Shown here in pieces: positions 57,674 to 64,000 of a stretch of 64,000 bases of DNA. The stretch is from positions 32,001 through 96,000 of the forward strand of contig CAWEYG010000003.1 of NCBI GenBank assembly GCA_963813155.1, given 5' to 3'. Source of the DNA: an uncultured Acidobacteriota bacterium (lineage in GTDB: Bacteria > Acidobacteriota > Thermoanaerobaculia > UBA5066 > DATFVB01). The notes beneath the pieces were generated by a model. That model was not told the origin of the DNA and searched no databases. It saw nothing but the letters and a program-made list of their open reading frames with translations. The stretch's first letter is position 1. Each line of letters begins with the position of its first letter. Made by a program: the position numbers and the translations under genes.

Positions 57674-58228
57674 GTGGCTGAGACGCCCCCGCTCGTCCGG
57701 AAGGCGAAGATCATGGACGCCGACCGAATGGACCGGGCGATCGTGCGAATGGCGCACGAGATCGCGGAAACGGAACGGGACCTCTCGGAGATCGCGCTGG
57801 TCGGGATCCGCACGCGCGGGGTTCCTCTCGCCGAACGCCTCGCGAAATTGCTCGAGAAGAACGAAGGGACTCGCCCGGCGACCGGGTCGCTCGACATCAC
57901 GCTGTACCGCGACGACCTCTCCGCGGGTGCGCAGCCGGTCCTGAAGAAGACGGAGCTCAATTTCGACATCACGCCCCGCGTCGTCATCCTTTGCGACGAC
58001 GTTCTCTACACCGGGCGGACGATTCGCGCCGCGCTCGACGGCCTGATCGACTACGGCCGTGCGAAGGCAATTCGTCTCGCCGTTCTCATCGACCGGGGAC
58101 ACCGGGAGCTTCCGATCGAGGCGAACTACGTCGGAAAGCGAGTGCCGACCTCCTCCCGCGAGCTCATCAAGGTGTTCTTTCAGGAGACCGACGGCGTCGA
58201 CGAAACGTGGATCCTGGAGAGGGCGTGA
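57674..58228 (+). CDS. pyrR: Pyrimidine operon regulator / uracil phosphoribosyltransferase
   Basis: 'RMAHEI', 'GIRTRG', 'LDITLYRDD', '[13 protein letters not shown]', 'DRGHRELPI'. Confidence 0.95.
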   Translation: MAETPPLVRKAKIMDADRMDRAIVRMAHEIAETERDLSEIALVGIRTRGVPLAERLAKLLEKNEGTRPATGSLDITLYRDDLSAGAQPVLKKTELNFDITPRVVILCDDVLYTGRTIRAALDGLIDYGRAKAIRLAVLIDRGHRELPIEANYVGKRVPTSSRELIKVFFQETDGVDETWILERA

Positions 58229-59175
58229 CGAAGGCGACACTTCGCTCCAAAGACCTGCTCGGCATCGAGAGCCTGGAACCCGACGAAATTCACCTCATCC
58301 TCGACACGGCGGAGTCGATGGCGGAAATCGGCCACCGCGAGATCAAGAAAGTCCCGGCCCTGCGCGGCCGAATGGTCGTCAATCTCTTTTTCGAGGCGTC
58401 CACGCGGACGCGTTTCTCGTTCGAAACGGCGGAGAAGTGGCTTTCGGCCGACACTCTGAATTTTGCGGCGAAGGGGACGTCGGTGGAGAAGGGCGAGTCG
58501 CTGCTGGACACCGCGAAGAACCTCGAGGCGATGTCGCCGGACTTCCTCGTGATCCGCCATTCGTCGCCCGGCGTGCCCCACTTTCTCGCTTCGCAGTTGA
58601 AGACGCGGGTCATCAACGCCGGCGACGGCGCGCACGAGCATCCCACGCAGGCGCTCCTGGACGCGCTGACGATCCGCCAGAAGAAGAAGCGATTCGAGGG
58701 CCTTCGGGTCGCGATCGTCGGCGACGTCGCGCATTCGAGGGTCGTCCGGTCGAACATCTGGTGCCTCACGAAGCTCAAGGCGGATGTGACGATCTGCGCG
58801 CCTCCGACCTTGATGCCGGTCGGCATCGAATCGATGGGCGTTTCCGCGACGTCCGATTTCGAAGAGGCCCTCGCCGGCGCCGATGTCGTGATGATGCTTC
58901 GCGTCCAGATCGAGCGCGGCGGAAAGATGGCGTTTCCCTCGTCCAGGGAATATTTCACGCGATACGGCCTGACGCGCGAGCGACTCGCGCTCGCGCGCCC
59001 CGACGCGATCGTCATGCACCCGGGCCCCATGAACCGTGGAGTCGAGATTTCGTCGGACATCGCGGACGACACGGAACGCTCCGTGATCCTGAGTCAGGTC
59101 GCGAACGGCGTCGCCGTGCGAATGGCGGTGCTTTACCTGCTCGCGGGCGGAAACCCGCAGACGTGGAACTCATGA
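58225..59175 (+). CDS. pyrB: Aspartate carbamoyltransferase catalytic subunit
   Basis: 'FFEASTRT', '[12 protein letters not shown]', 'HSRV', 'MHPGPMNRG'. Confidence 0.96.
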   Translation: MTKATLRSKDLLGIESLEPDEIHLILDTAESMAEIGHREIKKVPALRGRMVVNLFFEASTRTRFSFETAEKWLSADTLNFAAKGTSVEKGESLLDTAKNLEAMSPDFLVIRHSSPGVPHFLASQLKTRVINAGDGAHEHPTQALLDALTIRQKKKRFEGLRVAIVGDVAHSRVVRSNIWCLTKLKADVTICAPPTLMPVGIESMGVSATSDFEEALAGADVVMMLRVQIERGGKMAFPSSREYFTRYGLTRERLALARPDAIVMHPGPMNRGVEISSDIADDTERSVILSQVANGVAVRMAVLYLLAGGNPQTWNS

Positions 59176-60455
59176 GCCTCTTGATCCGGGGAGGGCGCGT
59201 CGTCGATCCCGAAAGCCGGCGCGACGGGCTTCTCGACGTGTTCGTCGAAGACGGGAAAATCTCCCGAATCGGCGAAAACCTCGACGCCGGCGATTCGGAA
59301 GTGCTCGACGCGACCGGGCTTCTCGTGTTTCCCGGTTTCATCGACCTCCACGTCCACCTGCGGGAGCCGGGGTTCGAGTACCGGGAATCGATCTCCTCGG
59401 GCACGGCCGCGGCGGCCGCCGGCGGGTTCACCGCGGTTTGCGCGATGGCGAACACGAGCCCCGTCAACGACCACCACACCGTCACGCGTTGGATCGTCGA
59501 CCGCGCGCGCGAGGCCGGCTCGACGCGCGTCTATCCGATCGGCGCGATCACGAAAGGGCTGCGAGGCGAGGAGCTCGCGGAGTTCGGCGAGATGAAGGAG
59601 GCCGGCGCTGTGGCCGTCTCCGACGACGGGAGATGGGTCGCGAACGGCTCGGTGATGCGGCGCGCTCTCGAGTACGCCGGGCTGTTCGACCTGCCGGTCG
59701 CGACCCACGCGGAGGACGAGACCCTGTCGTGCCGCGCCGCCATGAACGAAGGGGCGGCTTCCACGCGTCTCGGTCTTTCCGCCCAGCCGGCGGAGGCCGA
59801 ATCGACGGCCGTGGCGCGCGACATCGCGCTGTGCTCGCTTGCCGCCGGCCGGCTCCACGTCTGTCACCTGTCAACCGCCGCGTCCGCTGCCCTCGTGCGC
59901 GAGGCGAAGGCGAAGGGCTTGCGCGTGACAGCGGAGGTCACCCCGCACCATCTGTTCCTGACGGACCGGGCGGTCGGGGAGTCGGGGTTCTCGCCGAACA
60001 CGAAGGTGAACCCGCCCCTGCGCTCGGAGCGCGAGGGCGATGCCCTCGTCGCCGCGATCGCCGACGGCACGATCGATGCGATCGCGACGGATCACGCTCC
60101 GCACCATCCGGACGAGAAGGCCGTCGACTACGAATCCGCGCCTTTCGGGGTCATTGGCCTCGAGACGGCGGTCGCGCTCGTCTACACGAAGCTCGTCGCG
60201 ACCGGCCGGATTCCCCTGTCGAGAATGGTCGAGCTGTTCTCGGGCGGCCCGGCCCGAGCCTTCTCGCTTCCGGGGGGAACGCTGGCCGAGGGTCGCGAAG
60301 CCGACATCACGATCTTCGATCCGTCCGCCGAGTTCGAGGTCGATCCCCGGGCGTTCCGGTCCCGGTCGCGCAACACGCCGTTTTCCGGGTGGAAGCTCTC
60401 CGGCCGCGCGGCCGCGACCTTCGTCTCGGGAAGAGAGACTTTCCGCCGGACGTGA
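59172..60455 (+). CDS. pyrC: Dihydroorotase
   Basis: '[10 protein letters not shown]', 'MANT', 'EVTPHH', 'KVNPPLR', 'TDHAPH', 'NTPF'. Confidence 0.95.
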   Translation: MSLLIRGGRVVDPESRRDGLLDVFVEDGKISRIGENLDAGDSEVLDATGLLVFPGFIDLHVHLREPGFEYRESISSGTAAAAAGGFTAVCAMANTSPVNDHHTVTRWIVDRAREAGSTRVYPIGAITKGLRGEELAEFGEMKEAGAVAVSDDGRWVANGSVMRRALEYAGLFDLPVATHAEDETLSCRAAMNEGAASTRLGLSAQPAEAESTAVARDIALCSLAAGRLHVCHLSTAASAALVREAKAKGLRVTAEVTPHHLFLTDRAVGESGFSPNTKVNPPLRSEREGDALVAAIADGTIDAIATDHAPHHPDEKAVDYESAPFGVIGLETAVALVYTKLVATGRIPLSRMVELFSGGPARAFSLPGGTLAEGREADITIFDPSAEFEVDPRAFRSRSRNTPFSGWKLSGRAAATFVSGRETFRRT

Positions 60456-60841
60456 TGACTCCTCCGAAGAGGATCGTCATCGTCGACGATTCCGACGCCG
60501 CCTGCGAGATGTTTCGCGAGATCCTGGTGGAGAGGTACGGGGCGGACCGGGTGGCCGTGGAAACCTACATCACGCCGATCCACGCGCTCCCGAAGATCGA
60601 CGACACGATCGATCTCCTGATTGTGGACCTGGAGATGCCGCACATCGACGGAAAGAAATTTCTCCAGTTCGCCATCGAGAAGGGCATCGCCCGGGGCAAG
60701 GTGATCGTCACATCCGGCCGGGACGCCGAAGAGCTCCACAGGATCTTTCCGGCGGGGTCCTGCCTCGCCGTGATGAACAAGACGGAGCCCAAGCAGCGCG
60801 AGGCCTTCACGATGATCCTCGATTCGATCATGAAACGGTGA
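60455..60841 (+). CDS. Single-domain response regulator
   Basis: 'IVIVDD', 'LLIVDLEMPHIDG', 'VTS'. Confidence 0.85.
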   Translation: MTPPKRIVIVDDSDAACEMFREILVERYGADRVAVETYITPIHALPKIDDTIDLLIVDLEMPHIDGKKFLQFAIEKGIARGKVIVTSGRDAEELHRIFPAGSCLAVMNKTEPKQREAFTMILDSIMKR

Positions 60842-60852
60842 GAAGACCCGGA

Positions 60853-61134
60853 TCAGTTGATCCGCGTCGGATCGGGCGGGAAACGTTCGTCGACGATCCT
60901 CGCGAGGCGGGGGCGGATCAGGAGATCGAATTGACGGTGGCTGCCGGGAAAGAGGTTGACGACGGCGGTCTCCGCGCGGCGGATGAGGTCCCGAGCGTCT
61001 TCGAGCGTGAGAGCCGGTTCCTGCGAGAGGACGCTCGCGGTGAGGTCGACGACGAGCCGCAGACGCCTCAGCCGTTTCTGCTCGTCGATCAGCGCCTCGG
61101 GGTCCGCCGAGGGAGCGGGCTGTTCCCCGTCCAC
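60853..61134 (-). CDS. Small hypothetical helical protein
   Basis: 'RLRRLRLVVDL', 'LFPG..RQFDLLIRPRLARI'; GATCAT 6 nt before GTG. Confidence 0.7.
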   Translation of the reverse strand: MDGEQPAPSADPEALIDEQKRLRRLRLVVDLTASVLSQEPALTLEDARDLIRRAETAVVNLFPGSHRQFDLLIRPRLARIVDERFPPDPTRIN

Positions 61135-61202
61135 GCGCCAATGATCGCACGCCCGGGGGGGAATCGCCACAGCGCCGGCCGGGTTTTCCGTGGAGCCACG
61201 CC

Positions 61203-61982
61203 GTGATCGAAGTCGCGACGGCCGCCGCGAAGCGGGCGGGAGAAATTCTGCTGTCGCACTGGCGAAAGCTGCCTCCCGGTTCCGTCGAGGAGAAGGCGAA
61301 GAACGACTTCGTCTCGATCGCGGACCGCGAGAGCGAGCGGGCCATCGTCGAGACGATTCTCCGCTCGTTTCCCGGCGACGGCATCCTCGGCGAGGAAGGG
61401 GCGCGGCGGCCGGGAACGAGCGGGCGCGAGTGGGTGATCGACCCCCTGGACGGAACTTCGAACTTCATCGCGGGATTTCCCTTCTGGTGCGTGTCGATCG
61501 GCGTCCGGCAGGAGGGCGAAAGTCTCGCGGGCGTCGTGTGGGACCCCCTGCGCGAGGAGCTGTACCGGGCCGAGAGGGGGAGCGGCGCGTTTCGCAACGG
61601 CGACCGCCTCGCCGTGTCGCGGCGGCCGTCCGCCGAGGGCGCGTTTCTCGCGACCGGCTTCCCGTTTCGGGAGCATGCGAAGATCGACGAATACCTCGCG
61701 ATCTTCCGCGCGCTCTTTCTCGAGGCGAAGGCGATCCGCCGCGCGGGGAGCGCGGCGCTCGACCTGGCCTGTGTCGCGTCGGGAGTTTTCGACGGATTTT
61801 TCGAGTTCCGCCTCTCTCCGTGGGACATCGCGGCAGGCGCGGTTCTGATCACGGAGGCGGGAGGCGTGCTGCGGGATTTCGGGGGCGGGCAGGACTACTT
61901 CGAGACGGGCGACGTGCTGGCGGGACCGCCGGGTGTCGTCGAGGACATCCTTTCGACAATTCGCAAAATTCGCAGGAGCTAG
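61203..61982 (+). CDS. suhB: Inositol monophosphatase family protein
   Basis: 'WVIDPLDGTSNF', 'RRAGSAALDL', 'PWDIAAG'. Confidence 0.92.
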   Translation: MIEVATAAAKRAGEILLSHWRKLPPGSVEEKAKNDFVSIADRESERAIVETILRSFPGDGILGEEGARRPGTSGREWVIDPLDGTSNFIAGFPFWCVSIGVRQEGESLAGVVWDPLREELYRAERGSGAFRNGDRLAVSRRPSAEGAFLATGFPFREHAKIDEYLAIFRALFLEAKAIRRAGSAALDLACVASGVFDGFFEFRLSPWDIAAGAVLITEAGGVLRDFGGGQDYFETGDVLAGPPGVVEDILSTIRKIRRS

Positions 61983-62005
61983 GACTCGCTCGGCTGGTCG
62001 CAGCC

Positions 62006-62100
62006 AGCCCCAGCGCCCGCTCGGCAAGTCTTCTCGACCCTCGGCCGCAGTTCGCTTTCCCTCGGGATCTCGAAGACCAGCCTGCGCGGGCGCGTTGGCC
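62006..62100. repeat. Structured intergenic element, copy 2
   Basis: Same orientation and core as 8287-8380; lies between the convergent suhB and usp stops; upstream TCGCTCGG also shared (61986-61993). Confidence 0.85.
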
Positions 62101-62122
62101 CCGGGTGCTCTCTGCGGCGCCC

Positions 62123-62950
62123 CTACGGCACGCAGAGAACGGGAACCGGCGAGCGGCGCAGGACGCGCTCGGTCGTCGATCCGAGCACCATCTCCACGAT
62201 CCGCCCGTGGCCGTGGGAGCCGAGCGCCACGAGATCGTGGGCGGGCAGCCGTTTCAGGATTTCTTCGTCCGGGTGCCCGGTCGCGGATTCGAAAGAAACC
62301 TGCACGCCGCCGCCGGCGGCCGCGAGCGCGGCCTTTCGCCTCTTCTCGACTTCCGCGGGGTCGACCTCGACCGTCAGGATGTCGAGCGAGCTGCCCACCT
62401 TCTCGGCGAGGTCCCGCGCGGCGGAAAGCGCCCGCGCGGAACGCTCGGAGGCGTCGAAGGCCGCCAGCGGTCGCGAAAAGCCATCGCCGGCGGCCGGGCA
62501 GACGACAGCCGGAATCGCGAGCTTGCGGAGCAGCGCGTCCGAATGACCGCCCAAAGACTTTCCGCGTTTCGACCCGACGCCAACCGTCCCGAGGAAGATC
62601 GCGTCGGCGTCCTCCGAGGCGCGAAGGAGTTCGTGAACGACGATTCCTTCCCCGACGCGCGCGGAGCCGGCCACGCCCGACGCTTCGAGCTTCGAGCGAA
62701 AGTCCGCCACGACGGTCTCCGCGATCCCCCGCAGAGCCTCGCGCATCTCGCCGGTCAGGTTCAGGAACGGCTGAAAGCCGACCGAGCCCGAAAGGTCCGC
62801 GATGAAGGTCGCGTCCATCATCGCCGTATCGACGATATGAACTCCTTCCACGGCGGCGCCGAGCTTTCCGCCGAGAAAGATCGCGAGGCGGGCCGCGCAG
62901 TCGGAAAACGGGGATCCGTCGAGAGCGACGAGCAGCTTTTTCCAGGCCAT
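62123..62950 (-). CDS. Tandem universal stress protein
   Basis: Two USP domains: 'LVALDGSPFS', 'AFDASERS', 'GSHGHG...LGSTTERVLRRSPVPVL'. Confidence 0.9.
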   Translation of the reverse strand: MAWKKLLVALDGSPFSDCAARLAIFLGGKLGAAVEGVHIVDTAMMDATFIADLSGSVGFQPFLNLTGEMREALRGIAETVVADFRSKLEASGVAGSARVGEGIVVHELLRASEDADAIFLGTVGVGSKRGKSLGGHSDALLRKLAIPAVVCPAAGDGFSRPLAAFDASERSARALSAARDLAEKVGSSLDILTVEVDPAEVEKRRKAALAAAGGGVQVSFESATGHPDEEILKRLPAHDLVALGSHGHGRIVEMVLGSTTERVLRRSPVPVLCVP

Positions 62951-62968
62951 GGAGAAGATTCTATCCGA

Positions 62969-63775
62969 CTAGGCGATGACGACGCCGGCGTATCCGACGA
63001 CGGAGCTCGCGTCGCCGGTCTGGGCGCCGCTGTCGGAGAGCGCGACGACTTCGGCCGAGAGGCCGCCGCGGCGGGCGGCTGCGAAGAGGAGCGCCGTTGC
63101 CGGAAGGAATCCGCACATCGTGATGTCTTCCGAGAGGACCGTGCGGAAGAGGCCCTCGGCGTCGATCGCCCCGATCCGCGCGAGCGCAAGCGCGTTCTTG
63201 CGGTTTCCGATTTCACGGCTTTCATAGTGGTTCATGTCGGACGAGGCGATCAGTTGCATTGGCTCGCCGGACTCCGCGGCGATTTCCGCAAAGGCCTCGC
63301 CGATCTCGCGGCACAGCGGCAGGGAAGGATCTCCGATCGAGATCGGCACGATGGATGCGTCGGGCCGGCAGACCTGCAGAAAGGGGAGCTGCACCTCCAG
63401 CGAGTGTTCGCGGAGATGCGCGCCCGCGTCCTCCCGGAGAGAGGGGCAGCGGTCGAGGAATCGGCTCGCGAGCTGGCGGTCCACGGCCACCGGTCCGAGC
63501 GGAGTCTTCCAGGAGTCGTTCGGGTCGAGCGCCGCGGAGGCGCCGAGGCCCGTGTGGTTCGGGCAGAGGACCACGAGGCTTCGGGCGAGAGCGAGGCGCG
63601 CATAGACCTCGCCCGCCACTTCGCCCGAGTAGACGTAGCCCGCGTGCGGAACGATTGCCCCGAAGGCCGCGCGCTGCTCGCGCTTCGGCAGAAGGCGGCG
63701 AACTTCCGCTTCGAGGGCCCTCGGAGAGGACGGGTAAAACGCGCCAGCGACGGCGGGAGGCCGGATCGAGGGCAC
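62969..63775 (-). CDS. amrB: AmmeMemoRadiSam system protein B (MEMO1 family)
   Basis: 'RPPAVAGAFYP', 'PHAGYVYSG', 'PNHTG', 'EHSLEVQLPF', 'SSDMNHY', 'MCG', 'VVGYA'. Confidence 0.93.
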   Translation of the reverse strand: MPSIRPPAVAGAFYPSSPRALEAEVRRLLPKREQRAAFGAIVPHAGYVYSGEVAGEVYARLALARSLVVLCPNHTGLGASAALDPNDSWKTPLGPVAVDRQLASRFLDRCPSLREDAGAHLREHSLEVQLPFLQVCRPDASIVPISIGDPSLPLCREIGEAFAEIAAESGEPMQLIASSDMNHYESREIGNRKNALALARIGAIDAEGLFRTVLSEDITMCGFLPATALLFAAARRGGLSAEVVALSDSGAQTGDASSVVGYAGVVIA

Positions 63776-63785
63776 GAACCGCCCT

Positions 63786-64000
63786 TCAGTTCACGAGCAC
63801 GGTCGCGCGGGCCGTCTTTCCGCCGAGAGTCCCGGAAACGACGGCGGTGCCCTTCGCGATCGCCGTGACCTTGCCTTCGCCGGAAATCTTCACGAGGTCG
63901 GGGTTCAACGTCGCAAACTGGGCGCCGGCGTCGGGAATCAGGAGCCCTTTCTCGTCGTAGGCGACGGCGGTGAACCGCTGTGTCTCGTTCACTTTCAGGA
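63786..64000 (-). CDS. Ig-like (Big_2) domain protein, start beyond the window edge
   Basis: 'FTAVAYDEKG...GKVTAIAKGTAVVSG' Big_2-like pattern. Confidence 0.6.
   Translation of the reverse strand, partial: LKVNETQRFTAVAYDEKGLLIPDAGAQFATLNPDLVKISGEGKVTAIAKGTAVVSGTLGGKTARATVLVN

Overview
High-GC bacterial chromosome segment. Gene content and style suggest Acidobacteriota, possibly Thermoanaerobaculia-like (inference only). Most of it is housekeeping: psd-pssA, tsaB-rimI, mutS-nagZ, ssb, HU, TPR-lolB-like-ispE-spoVG, addAB, ettA, idh, queG, queA, ffh-rpsP-khpA-rimM-trmD-rplS-rnhB, pyrR-pyrB-pyrC, suhB, usp and amrB. The standout accessory locus (26.3-33.5 kb) is a visibly more AT-rich operon. 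It encodes a periplasmic cupredoxin, a Cyc2-type cytochrome-porin, a dihaem cytochrome c, a stand-alone CcoP-anchor microprotein, CcoN, a trihaem EF-hand CcoO, CcoS and a DsbD_2 protein, i.e. a candidate self-contained outer-membrane-to-O2 electron chain for Fe(II) or other extracellular-donor oxidation. A second signal is a ~95-nt intergenic element present twice (8287-8380 and 62006-62100) whose substitutions are almost all compensatory base-pair changes. Many genes look leaderless, with a -10 box 5-7 nt before the start codon. Single-base indels break many genes, densely at 29-32 kb; these are probably consensus errors, so apparent fusions and splits need caution. No tRNA, rRNA, CRISPR array or transposase was seen.
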